A program made the translations under genes and the position numbers. Shown here piece after piece: positions 46,762-64,000 of a stretch of DNA of 64,000 bases (the stretch's first letter is position 1; every line of letters starts with the position of its first letter). The DNA lies in assembly GCA_965153355.1 (NCBI GenBank), contig OZ231126.1, forward strand, positions 44,206,001 through 44,270,000. The letters are read 5' to 3'. The DNA is from Flaccisagitta enflata (taxonomy: Eukaryota). Below the pieces are notes generated by a model. The model did no database searches. It was given only the letters and a program-made list of their open reading frames with translations, and was not told the origin of the DNA.

Positions 46762-48128
46762 TAGACAGAGAGAAAGAGATAGACAAACTGACAGACAGAC
46801 TACAGACCAGAGATTTAGTGCAAGACGTGGCAGGCCTGGTTAAAGCGTGAGAAAGCTGATTTGAGGCCTACAAGGCTGAGAGGGCTGATTTGAGGCCCTG
46901 TTAGGACTGTCATGAGTCATGACCCCTCCGAGGGCTGATACGACGCCTCTGAGGGACATAGAGGACTGAATTGAGGGCAAAAAGGGCTGAGGAAGGCGAG
47001 AAAGCAGATGGCTGGACAGAAGAATAAACAGTCATGTAAAAGTACCCTTCAGTACCCTACAGGACCTCATACCCTTAGGGACCGCTGCCGAAAAAGCAGA
47101 CTGACGCGACTGAAAGGGTCGTAAACAAATGGACTAGGACAGAATTACGGATGAATTGAAATGAAGAACCTTTCAAAAACACAGGGTCGGATACACGGCT
47201 ACCTAAGTCGCGTGTGGGTTGGCTGGGCCATATTTGAGGTCAAAAGAGCAATTTGGCAGGGGCAGTGAGGCCAAAGGTCGAAAAAACAAAAAGAAAGTAA
47301 AACGTGACCGACCGACCAACCGACGGACGGATAAAGCGGGGTGAGGAGTGGTTTAGTGCGCGACTGAAGACAATTTAAGTCGCGTGTGGGTTGGCTGGGC
47401 CATATTTGAGGTCAAAAGAGCAATTTGGCAGGGGCAGTGAGGCCAAAGGTCCAAAAAACAAAAAGAAAGTAAAACGTGACCGACCGACCAACCGACGGAC
47501 GGATAAAGCGGGGTGAGGAGTGGTTTAGTGCGCGACTGAAGACAATTTAAAGTAGGGATTGCAATTACATGAGCCTCGGATGCAATCCTATCAGTTTTCT
47601 TGTAAATGGCCATGAAAACTGAAACAGTACTGGTAAAATTGTAACCAACGTTGCAAAAGGAATCAACCTTCGACCCGATTCCTTGAAAAGAGCAGCATTG
47701 AATCCGAGTACCAGCATGTTGATGTAGGAAGAAAAATAACTGTTATGTATATAATCAGTACTTAACTGACATGATCACTAAATCTTCTTTGCAGTCGGAA
47801 AATTGACGAACAAAACAAATGCTGAGGGGTTGAAAATTACAAATATGTGTTGTTTTTCATGGACAAGAAAACAGAAGAGCAAAATAGAACAAGGCCGGAT
47901 ACACGGCCATCAGTTGCGGACGGGTGGGCAGGGGCGGAAATACGCGTTTTCCCACTTTTCAACTCGAGCGTGACGGACGGACGGACCGACCAACCGACCG
48001 GCGGACGGACGGATAAAGCCTCTTATAGAGTTGCGTGTCCGCAACTGAAAAAAGGGATCAAGAGAAGAAGTCTCGGCTTCAGCGAAGCTCTCGAGGTAAA
48101 GAAAATGCTGTTTACTTTTTGGCAAACG

Positions 48129-48221
<93 letters not shown>

Positions 48222-48289
48222 ATTAAATTGATAAAGAAATGTTTAAAGGTGTAAATGAGAACATAATGTGAATGTGAAGTAGAAAATAT

Positions 48290-48391
<102 letters not shown>

Positions 48392-48393
48392 CA

Positions 48394-48444
<51 letters not shown>

Positions 48445-48521
48445 AGGAGAGGGTGTAATGAGAGAAAAAAAAAAGAGCAACGGAAGGGACAGAGACAGCT
48501 ACAGAGAGACAGACGGATAAT

Positions 48522-48585
<64 letters not shown>

Positions 48586-48900
48586 GACAGAGACAGAGAG
48601 AGAGAGTGAGCCTGCAGTCGAAGAGGGTCCGAGGCGATGTTTCGCAGATGACCAAATTCGCCCTCACCTCAGCTCAAGTTCGTCTCAGGGAATAAATAGA
48701 GATCATCTTTATTTGATGAAACAACGTGAGTCATCGCGAAACAACGACAAACTAGATCGATATCCATCGCTTTCAAATCAATCAGTCAATGAGGTCAAAA
48801 GTAGCTTGAGAAACATAAGAAATGGCAGCGGCAACGATAGGGAAAGTTACAAAAATTTGATGACAGAAACATTAATGAAGTCTTAACTTGCTCTCCATAT

Positions 48901-49537
48901 GGTGTTTTAGGTTGGTTGAGGGGTTGGTTGGTCTCCGTTCCTAGTCGGGGGTGGTTTTTAGCCACGGTGATGGTGTTTTAGGTTGGTTGAGGGGTTGGTT
49001 GATCTCCGTTCCTAGTCGGGGGTGGTTTTTAGCCACGGTGATGGTGTTTTAGGTTGGTTAAGGGGTTGGTTGGTCTCCGTTTCTAGTTGGGGGGTGGTTT
49101 TTAGCCACGGTGATGGTGTTTTAGGTTGGTTGAGGGGTTGGTTGGTCTCCGTTCTTAGTCGGGGGTGGTTTTTAGCCACGGTGATGGTGTTTTAGGTTGG
49201 TTAAGGGGTTGGTTGGTCTCCGTTCCTAGTCGGGGGTGGTTTTTAGCCACAGTGATGGTGTTTTAGGTTGGTTGAGGGGTTGGTTGGTCTCCGTTCCTAG
49301 TCGGGGGTGGTTTTTAGCCACGGTGATGGTGTTTTAGGTTGGTTGAGGGGTTGGTTGGTCTCTGTTCCTAGTCGGGGGTGGTTTTTAGCCACGGTGATGG
49401 TGTTTTAAGTTGGTTGAGGGGTTGGTTGGTCTCCCTGCCTAGTTGGGGGTGGTTTTTAGCCACGTTGATGGTGTTTTAGGTTGGTTGAGGGGTTGGTTGG
49501 TCTCCGTTCCTAGTCGGGGGTGGTTTTTAGCCACGGT
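48901..49537. repeat. G-rich 71-bp minisatellite, about 9 copies, fused to a HINE family C terminus
   Basis: Unit ggtgttttaggttggttgaggggttggttggtctccgttcctagtcgggggtggtttttagccacggtgat at 48901, 48972 and onward; runs directly into gacagaccgaccgacggacacagccagttatagaggtgctttgtcgcacctaaaaa. Confidence 0.92.
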
Positions 49538-49744
49538 GCGACAGACCGACCGACGGACACAGCCAGTTATAGAGGTGCTTTGTCGCACCTAAAAACTAGC
49601 GTTTTTGGATGCTTTTTGTGAATGTTATTGTGTGGGGGTGTGGATTAGGGTGTGGATGGGGGTTGGTTGCACCTGCCCACCCGTCCGTTGTTGTGCTGTA
49701 TCCACAATTCTTTTGAAAAAGATACTAGCGCGCGCGCACACACA

Positions 49745-49838
<94 letters not shown>

Positions 49839-50054
49839 GAAACGTGAATACACATGTAGGTAGCCGGAAAAAGTGAATCTAAAATGAAAGAAACAAGCAA
49901 CGGGGTGACAATATCGTCGCGGACGGGTGGGCAAGGGCTTACAACTCCCCTCTTCCCTTGAAACACACACACTTTCACACACAGCATTCAAAGTGTGCAT
50001 TTCCAAACTTTCCAACTTGAGCGCGACTCTTTTAGAGTCGCTAGCTCGAACCGA

Positions 50055-50129
<75 letters not shown>

Positions 50130-50660
50130 TAAGAAAGAAGAAGAAAAAAGAAGAAAAAAGAAGGAAAAAGAAGGAAAAAGAAGGAAAAGAAGAAAAAAGA
50201 AGAAAACAGAAGAAAACAGAAGAAAACAAAAAGGAAACTAAGATAACAAAAAGAAAAAAATGAAAAAAAAAAAAGAAATAAAAGAAAAAAAAGAAAAAAA
50301 AGAAATGAAAAATGAAAAGAAATGAAAAAAAAAGGGAAGAAAACAGAAGAAAAAAAGAAGAAAGAAGGAAAGAGGAGAAATTTGATCAATTTCTAGTTTC
50401 TCCTATCCACTATTGCAAGAAGTTGCCATGCTTCACTTACTTTGCGATATGTTAAAAGTTTTATTTACATGCTCTCGTGGACAAACCTTCCTTTCTACTC
50501 TTCAAAAGATCCTGTTTATAGGACTAAACAGTTGTGACATGACAGAGCGCTTTTTCTTACTTTTATTTTTTCATTTCATTATTCCAAATTTTAATTTCGC
50601 ATGGCAGAGTCATCATAACACTAAGTGTTACCCGACGATAATCAACTGATGTTGACGCTG

Positions 50661-53218
50661 ATGGGCTGTATTCCATCCAAGGTAATTGGGGAGGGTAGTG
50701 ATAGTTTGGCTTGTACATCACGTTGTACTTACAGCGTAATTTCTATTGTATTTTCTCATGAAAATCGCATTTAACGTCAAGAACCAGGAAAGCAATCGAA
50801 ACCATGACGAGGAGGATTCGGAGTTCGAATTTCAGCCGAAAAATGAAGAAGAAAAGAAACTTTTTCTTGACCTTAACTCGAAGGAACGCGCGTTGATCAA
50901 GGATACCTGGAAATCTTTTCGTGGAGAACACGATTGCAGGTTGAGCCGAGATGTGGCATGGCAGTGGCACTAAAAAAAGTGTTAGAGAATGAAGGGGAAA
51001 TCTATCTATCCGTACATTTTCCGCCACCCAACTCCAACTGCCTAGATGAATGATTTTGTAGTTGCTTTTAGTTCTTTTACATTCAAAGTCAAAGAGACTA
51101 GACTCAGCTCTGTCCCCAGCTCTGTCCAAGGAATGAACAAAACAATACCTGTTTATCCATACAGAAACAACTAGACAAAATCTTTGATGGGACATCAAGT
51201 TGCATGCCTTATATGCGGGCATGTCTTACGTTATATCGGGTGCGCTTTACCGGCGATTCCCTGCATATTTATTTCCGGATCTAGTAACAAAAAAAAAGAA
51301 AAAAAAACTCAGTCAATGGTCCTTGAATTGATGCCGCTTCTATTGCTTTTTTCACATATTTATCTTCAACTTTTGACACAGATTCCGAATATTGATGACC
51401 TTCATCTCGCGAAATCCGGGAATGAAGGGCAAGTTTCAAGCAATGATCAACAAGAATAAATTGAAAGCTGATTATCCTTGTTGCCAACCGGGCACTTATG
51501 ATCAACTCATCGACGCGATGGTCTCGTGGAATCTCAGGAGATTCTCCATTCGCTTCGTCGAGTTCCTCGACAGACGTGAGTTTTCTATTTTTATAACAAG
51601 GTTATTAGACCTCAGTCGCGTGCAGTGGCGTTTTCAGAAAAAGTCGGACAGACAGACAGAAAGCAAAATTGCTGAAGTGCCCATTGAACTAAGGGTCTCT
51701 ACCTCCATGTGGCTTCTCTAATGTTCAAAAATGTAAAAAACGCAAAAATGCCTTTAAAACGACTTTTTGATTGACGGACGGACAGACGGACTGACGAAAA
51801 GTGGCTTATAGAGTCGCGTAGCTCGCGACTAAAAATATAGTCACGGACACGTGACTCTACACCTTACCATTGGTTGGTAGGTCGGTATGTAACATTTTTG
51901 AATTGCGAGGGTTCTTGCATCACTGCCCCTGGTCAACCATTCGCGACTGCCCAGTTATCTATCTGGCCTTGTATTTGAAGGCGTTTGCTCTCTTTTTAGT
52001 TGTTGACACGCAGCTCTATAAAAGGCTAAGTCTGTCCATCCGTCCGTCCGCCCGTGATGATTGAGTTGAAAATTGGAAAAATGAGCGTTTCAGATACTTA
52101 TTGTGAAGGTTTGAGTGTTGGGGTGGGTTGGAATGTAGATGGGGGTTGAATTCTCTGCCCACCACCCGTCCGCAACGATATTTTGACCCCGCGTCACTTG
52201 TTATCTATTTAGTCGCGGTCTCACGTTTTTTAGGAGGCTTTGTTGGTCCGTCTGTCGGGCCGTTTTGGTTGAGTTGAAAATATGCCTTTTGGGCAGCGGT
52301 CCCGAAGAACACAGGGGACATTCGTTTGTTTGTTCGTCCCCTCCCCCCCCCCGGCCCTCTCAGGCCTGAAATCTGCCCTCTTAGGCCTGAAATCTGCTCT
52401 CAGGCCAATCATCTGTCCTCTCAGGCTTTGAAGCTATCCTTTCAGGCCTGCAATCTGCTCTCTCAGGCCTTAAATCTGCCCTCTCGTATTCAAGGCCTGG
52501 GGCGGACAGACGGATGGATGGACGGACAAGCGAAAGAAAGTCCCCTGTGTTTTACAGGACATCGTCCCCCTTCGGAATCGCTGCCTTGCTTTTTTCTAAT
52601 TCCAATTCACAACCATGCAAAGCAGGGCAACGGGTATCGCTGACCACATATTGCCCTTGGGCGACTGGTTAGGTACTGTGGTTGTGTGGGTAAGTGGGCG
52701 TGAAACGGGATTGTATGCCCCTGCCCATCCGTCCACGACAATATTGCAACCTGCAACGTTGCCTGTTTCCTTTGTGTAAATGCGTCTTTTTCGAATCGCC
52801 GATAATCTGTTCGGTCCTACAATCTTGTTCATTTTGCTATTTTTTTTTCTCTCGTCAAGTTGTTCGAGACGCGGTAGAGAGCAACTTTCGAGACATCTAC
52901 GAAATATGCGAGGCTCAAGGGTTTCGTCATTGGCGATTATCTCGAAACGTGGAACCGGGAACCATGGAAGCCTTGGCCACTTCCGTCCAAGTCGATCTGG
53001 CCAATTACCACGGACCGAAGAAGTTCACGCGTCTGACGGCCGCCGCTTGGCAGAAACTATTCGACGTGGTGACGCTGCGATTTTATCGAGGACACGAACG
53101 CGCCAAAGAAGAGGCGGTCGAACAGACGCAAGCCGAGGAAACTAGAGAGCTCGGAATGGACTTCCCCGTCGAAGAATTTCTCAATGACGTGGAAAACGCT
53201 CAAAAGCGTCGATCGTAG
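50661..53218 (+). CDS. N-terminally acylated (globin X-like) membrane-associated globin, about 243 aa
   Basis: Exons 50661-50681 (MGCIPSK), 50782-50939, 51382-51575 and 52860-53218, all phase-consistent. A helix LNSKERALIKDTWK, B/C ILMTFISRNPGMKGKF (Pro C2, Phe CD1), E helix LRRFSIRFVEFLDRLV, proximal His F8 in QGFRH, H helix FTRLTAAAWQKLFDVV. Confidence 0.85.
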
Positions 53219-54529
53219 CCTCAAATAGGCTGTTTCATGAAATATCCCCGATTCGCAGTGATTTCATCCTTTATGTTCTAGGAAGTTGGTAAAAACCGCG
53301 GTCACTACGCGTTGTGTGGTACACAATTGCTTAAGTATTGAAATCATTTGCCGTTCTATCCACGCCTGTATATGCCTTCAATAAGTTTTAAAAGCATCTT
53401 TTCTAATGACATGTCATTCAAGGTGTGATAAAAAAAACCTTCCGTCATACAATATTCTTCTTAAGATTATTATCTGTCTTTCGCACAAGTATTTTTAGTT
53501 GCAGACACGCAACTGCATAAGTCTTTGTTCGTCCGTCGGTCCGTCCATCCGTGAGCATGAGTCAGAAAGAAGGAAAACGAGTGTTTCAGAAGCTTGTGTA
53601 TGTGTGTGTGTGTGTGGAAAGGGGAATTGGTTGGGGCATGGGGTGTGGATAGGGGTTGACCGCCCCTGCCCACCCGTCCGCAACGATATTGTGACCCTGC
53701 GTCACTTGTTTTAGCGAAGCGTCCAAACTAAGAATTACTCGTTGCTTGCCAAAGTGAAAAACAAATCTGTTGAGGGATATTTGTCACGAAATAAATCTGT
53801 ATTTTACCACGAGAAGAAAAAAAGGCATATAAATGGAAAGTCAATGCATAGTTTTCCTTAAACTCACACAAAAATTCCAGATTTGGCACAATGATTCATG
53901 ACATGATGCAAATTTACATATGAATGGGGCGAGAGATGAGTGAGAATACTAAACAAACAACGTCAGACAGTAATGACAACTTAACTAATCGAAGATTGAG
54001 CAATTGATTGAGCAAAATCATGGTTCGTTATATTAAGCATCTAGTAACCCTAAGAAAAAGATTGCATATGACGCGTGGGGGCAATGGGCAGGTCAGGGTC
54101 AACTATATGTTAGAATTCAAGTGCAGAGGAAACTACACAAACATTTGTTCTTTACTTGCTATGCTAAAAGTCACTGTCAGACAGACCTGTGGAAATTAGA
54201 CCGGCCGTCAAATAAGTCGAATCTGTAGCAGACGGACAGAGTGATGGTGAATCGGGCCTGAAACAAGGCCAACATCTTTGAGTCGTCGACTCAGTTTAAA
54301 TCATTTTAGATGCGTCCTCGTATCTTTATAAGTTAGACTTAGACTCGAAAGTTTTCCTAGGTCAGTCAGTAGCTCAACCTTTTGCATGGACCTGCTCAGC
54401 GCTTTTAATAATGCACGTTTCAAACTTCAAGGTTCTGGCTCAAATACTTTAGAAGTTATGATCATTTGTTTGAACCATATCAAACTGAAAAAGTTCCAGG
54501 AGAATTTTTAAACTTTCTTTGAAAATATG

Positions 54530-54930
54530 GCCGGCAGTGAATTTCAACAAGTTTCTTAAAAAAAAAGTAAAGTTACAGGATTTTGGATCTAGGCAAATCA
54601 AACAATTTCCTATTGATTGCACCCTACTTTTAAAAACCATTTTTCAACAAAATATTTTGTGATTTTCACAACGTGCGGAACAAAAATTTTTTAAGTTTTT
54701 TGAAAAAAAAAATGAAAATACAAGATTTTGGATCTAGGCAAATCAGAAAATTTCCTATCGATTGCACCCCACTTTTAAAAACCATTTTTCAAAAAAATAT
54801 TTTGAGATTTTTTTTTCTAAGTCCTAAACGCGTGACACAAAAATTTTTTAAGTTTTTTTGAAAAAAGTGAAAATGCAAGATTTTGGATCTAGGCGAATCA
54901 AACAATTTCCTATCGATTGCACCCCACTTT
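54530..54930. repeat. ~145-155-bp tandem repeat, about 3 copies
   Basis: gattttggatctaggc(a/g)aatca...tttcctat(c/t)gattgcaccc recurs at about 54579, 54724 and 54879. Confidence 0.8.
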
Positions 54931-56410
54931 TTTTTTCAGAAAAAAATCCTCATTAAGGGCTTTTTTTGGGGCCCTTAGGGGCCTTGAGACGTTCAAAATT
55001 TTGGTCAATGAGATCAACCGAGTTATGTGCATACACCAAGGTATCTTTCAGGTCCAAATTAGGGCTGATTAATTAGACCTCAAGCTCATGCCGTTAATCC
55101 CTCTGGCCCGGCCGCATTTAAAAGAGAAATTGGAAAATTCACCAGAACTCAGATTCCGGATGTAAGGTCAATCTCTATATAAGTGTTCGTGTCTATTTGT
55201 CGGTTAGTCTGTTGGTCACACAAACATTAAAATTATGTAATTCAAAGTTCTTTCTTCCAAAAAGCAGCACCATTATTTGGAAAAAAGTCGAAGAATACCT
55301 TCGGCTTTTTGAGACCTACGGCGGAAATCGATTTTCCCTTTCTTTCATGAGGAGTTTGAGGAAGTTGATCTGCTTTTCGGGCCGAATGACACTACGCATG
55401 AAATTAATAGCTAAGAAAGAGCTAAATCTCCTCTTTCAGATGACGCCAAGCAGAATTCTGTGCGATCGATAGTTTCGGAGCTATGATTTTCTGAATCTTT
55501 TTTTATTTTTTCGCAAAAATGAGGAATTAAGGTGTTCAAGTCTATTTGAACTTCAAATTGTCCCAGATGATGATTGTGCATGCTGGCAGCAAAGTCTCTC
55601 ACTCTTTCAGTCGTAGAATCTATAGGAGGCTTTGTCCATCCGTCCGTCAGTCCATCTGTTGGTCTGTTGGTCCATCAGTCTATCCATGGTGATCAAGTCA
55701 AAACTGGAAACACAAGCATTTGCTCTCTATCTCTCTCTTTCTCTGTCTCATTCTCTGTCTGTCTGTCCATCTCTCTCTCTCTTTCTCTCTTTTTCTCTCT
55801 TTCTCTCTTTCTCTCTTTCTCTCTCTCTTTTTCTCTCAGCATTTACGACTTTTTTCCTACGGCGATTAGCCGCCTTTATTGTACTCTTCAACTCATTCTA
55901 TCACTTTATTATTCATTCATTTATAAACAACGTTTATTCATGAAAAAAAAATTCTTTCATAAAAAACTTCGATTCATAGAGGACGCATCGTTTTTGTAAC
56001 ACTTCAGACAAAAAATAAAAGTGTTACGGACCGACCGCAAGCCATTTCAGGTTTTAGAGTCCCATAGCACGTTACTAAAAAAATTAATTCCGATTTTTAT
56101 TACAAGATGATCTGCATCATGCATGAGTCGAAGGGAAAATTCGCAAATAAAGATGTCGCCATCGACTCAACGTGTCAAGCCGAATACACGGCTACCGAAG
56201 TCGCGTGCGGGTGGGCAGGGGCCATATTTGAGGTCACTAGACTATTTGGGCAGGAGCGGTGAGGTCCAAACAAAAAAATCATAAAAAAAGTAAAGTGTGA
56301 CCAACAGACCGACCGACCGACCGATAAAGCGGGTTGTAGAGTCGCGTAGCACGCGACTGAAAAAGGAATTTGCACTCATACATTTGAGGGAGTTAAAGCG
56401 CGAGTGGCTA

Positions 56411-61082
<4,672 letters not shown>

Positions 61083-61388
61083 CTGATTCCTGGGATGATT
61101 ACTGTGTATCAAATACATTGACTTTATTCAGGGGAACAAAAATTTTAATGAGAATTGATGTTTAAAATCTTACAACACAAGTAAAAAGTACAACAGCATC
61201 AGTAGACATGATAAGTGCAATTTTATCTTTTTTGATCAAATGAAAAAATCTTGGTAAGGTTAATATTTGTCAAACTAGTAGATGTTGAATAAAATAATTG
61301 GCTGTTCTGCCTTATGCTATTTTCAAAGGAAAACAAAATACTTCATAATTTATTTTGAGCAGCTTTTCCATTTCCTTAGCATGCTTTA

Positions 61389-62494
61389 CTATCTAGGAAA
61401 TATGTTTAGCATCACCTTTAAAGAGAGATATCTCAACTTCTCATTTAGATAAGTGTAAAAAATTCATGAGCATTTTAATCTACGTCAAAAGATCTCCAAT
61501 ACAGGTGCAATCTCGTTGCTGTGCATCAAACTGTTTGGAAATGCCATTAGTTTGAAATTGATCAAGTACTTTGGAAAATAGCAAAAAATGGAACTCCTAC
61601 CCTTCCATCTTTGAAATTCTCTTTAATTTTACAAAAAAATGATTCAGACATGCGGATTTCTCCACTGGTTTGCTCTTGAGCTCTAGTTTGATAATCTCAT
61701 GGATTTTAAGGCAGATTGGAAATGAGAAGTAGCCCAATTTTGCAGTCAAAATGACCAAAAATCAATTGTTTTTACCGCAACCACCTCTTGGTTGGGTGTG
61801 TCAATATGCAAAAGGTTTTTTGATCAGATCATCATCATCAGAGAGTGTTGGGACATTAATTCTAAGATACTTACCGTTTTTCTTTTTCCAAATTTCATTC
61901 ATCTTCCGTTTTTTTCTAAAACCCCATTTAGCCCCTAATTTGCATATTGCAGTGCAGCTGGTTTTGCACCTGGATTATTGATGACCATGAAAAAAATCGA
62001 AATACATTGGTTTTCTTATTCCTTATACTATAAAAAATTAGTGAAAATCTTCTGCTTTTATACAAGAAGACTTAATGATACAAAAAACATAATTTTTTAA
62101 ATGATATATCAGTCTCATTTTCAACAAAACTGGGTGCAGTCGCTAAAAGTATATAAATTTTTGACAATCTTTACATGCGCTAAAAAAACAGAAGATGATT
62201 GAAATTGAAAAAAATAAAAATGGTAAGTGTTTTATAATTAGGGTCTTCATACTCCTTGATGATGACGAGCTGATCAAAAGACCTTTTGCATATTGACACA
62301 CCCGAACCTTTTGGTTGTGATAAACAAACCAAACACACGGTCCCTATATTGGATTGAAGATTGTTTTTCTCTTTTGTTCTAGTTAGTATAATTACAAAAA
62401 TAACCAAAAACAATCAAAAACATAAGTTTTGTGAACATGAGGGGGCAAAACATACTGTCAAACATAAGTGTTGCTAAACTTTTTTCCTAGATAG
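61389..62494. mobile_element. Second copy of the TA-flanked MITE at 8726-9305, interrupted by a 9-bp-TSD MITE
   Basis: Same TIRs and internal sequence as 8726-9305 apart from the insertion. Confidence 0.8.
61792..62305. mobile_element. TIR MITE with 9-bp TSD
   Basis: TIR ttgggtgtgtcaatatgcaaaagg / ccttttgcatattgacacacccga; TSD acctcttgg / accttttgg. The empty site is visible in the paralogous copy at ~9121. Confidence 0.8.
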
Positions 62495-63299
62495 TATATT
62501 GTTTTAGAGACTAGTCTCGTTTCTAAAAAAGAGATGATTATTTGTGGGCTTGTGGCATATGTTAACCCTAGCTACAGCATGGAGAATCATGGGGAACCGA
62601 AACTTTCCATGGACATTGGACATCCATAGGTAAATTAACAAGCGAAAATAAAATTAAGTGAATATAAACAAGCCCTGGCGGGCAACTCGATGCGTCACCC
62701 TATTTTTACATAAAAAGACAAGGCTGGGCTCAAGGCTCAAATACTAGCATGTAATGAAAGAGACTAAGGAGAACTGTTTTATTCAACAACTATGCTATCT
62801 GAAAACAATAAAAACAGCATAGGTCATTGGCCCCTTCGGGGCCGCTGCCCCTCTTACCACCTCACACCCACATAGGGCCCATAGGGGCAACGGGTACCGC
62901 TGACCATCTAACGCTTTTGCGACAATTCATTCTTTCTTTCACACTAACAAGGCCAAGTAGGCCAATAAGGTGCGACGTGGATCTTCAAACGAATGCGTTA
63001 CCCGACCGACCAACCGACCAACCAACCAACCGACCGACCAACGGACACAGCCAGTCATAGAGGTGCTTTGTCGCACCTAAAAAACAAGGCTGGATACATG
63101 ACTACCAAAGTCCCATGCGGGTGGGCAGGAATAGTGATAAAGGGGGTTGACCTAATCATTTTGGCCGCCAATAAACGTCGAAAAAGCTCATGGTGCACCG
63201 TGTTGCCTAACAGTGATAGGTAGGAAAAAATGACTCAGCATAGCGACTTATTTTAGGGTGTTATATACATCTAGATGGATGTTACTATACACAAGATTA

Positions 63300-64000
63300 A
63301 AAATTCTGTTGGGATTTATGCGAGAAAATGCCGTAAAAACCTGTAAAATGCCGTAAAAGTGGCATTTTTTTAGCTACATGCACTCTAAAATAGTGACTTT
63401 GGTCAGAAAATGTTCAAACAATGATCATTTTGTATTGAGACACGCTCATGCAACAATTCAAGTCAAGACGACATCACTCGGTATGATTTCATGCCGTAAA
63501 AAGTCGTAAAATGCTGTAAGAACGGCATTTTTTAAATTTACATGGGCTAAAACATAGTGACTCTGGTCAGAAAAAGGTCAAACTATGTTTATTTTGTACT
63601 GGGACACACATACGCAAAAAATCATGTCAAGCAAATTTCTTTCAGTAACATTTCATGCTGTAAAAGTTGTAAAATACCGTAAAAATGGCATTTTCACTAT
63701 TTTATGTATTTTGTGGGCTCAAAAAGAGCCAGTCTAGTCAGAAAATGGTCATACAATATCTAGTTGGCACTTAGACACACTCTTGCAGAAAATCAAGTCA
63801 AGCAGACATCTTCTCATATTATTTTTTGCCGTTAAATACCATCAAATTGGCATTTTTAAATGGTTTTTTGACTGTCACACTCCCAAAAAGCACTGCAATC
63901 ACTTGAAAACTGCTCCACTTGTCAGAAATTATCAAAACAATGATGATTTGATGATAAGACACATTCATGCAACAATTCAAATCAATTTGTTGTCATTCAG
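63300..64000. repeat. Degenerate ~160-170-bp tandem array
   Basis: Recurring atgccgtaaaa..ggcattttt / ggtcagaaaa / agacac.c.catgcaacaattcaa blocks; runs off the end of the window. Confidence 0.65.

Noticed and set aside
48661-48770. Candidate first coding exon of the receptor gene (minus strand, donor GTGAGG near 48667)
   Set aside because: The available ATG frames stop before the donor and no signal peptide is encoded; at most a non-coding exon, with insufficient support.

Overview
Eukaryotic genomic DNA from an intron-rich, repeat-rich bilaterian invertebrate (probably a protostome; the phylum cannot be fixed from this window). Manual GT-AG splicing with phase checks gives six protein-coding genes. 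(1) The 3' part of an hnRNP A/B-type double-RRM gene (+, 1086-4259). (2) A complete CTCF (-, 17 coding exons, 29231-13736, about 1071 aa, 11 C2H2 fingers, N-terminal YDF motif, AT-hook and a C-terminal CFGF motif). (3) WDR53 (+, 31780-37869), head-to-head with CTCF. (4) A single-pass membrane protein with a Cys-rich ectodomain and a tyrosine-motif-rich tail (-, 38063 to at least 45714, 5' end unresolved). (5) An N-acylated (MGCIPSK) globin that appears to have Phe at the distal E7 position and non-canonical introns (+, 50661-53218). (6) The 3' part of a multi-pass membrane protein (-, 56411-61082). Introns and intergenic DNA are packed with several families of Helentron/HINE-like non-autonomous rolling-circle elements, TIR MITEs (TA, 8-bp and 9-bp TSDs, often nested), minisatellites and microsatellites; these account for most of the supplied ORF track. 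The most interesting leads are the CTCF with F/Y-x-F cohesin-type motifs on both sides of the zinc fingers, the membrane globin with an apolar distal pocket, and the phosphotyrosine-motif receptor, whose 5' exons join only through a -1 shift at A_AAA_AAC. All gene models are by-eye and family calls are from recalled sequence similarity, not database searches.
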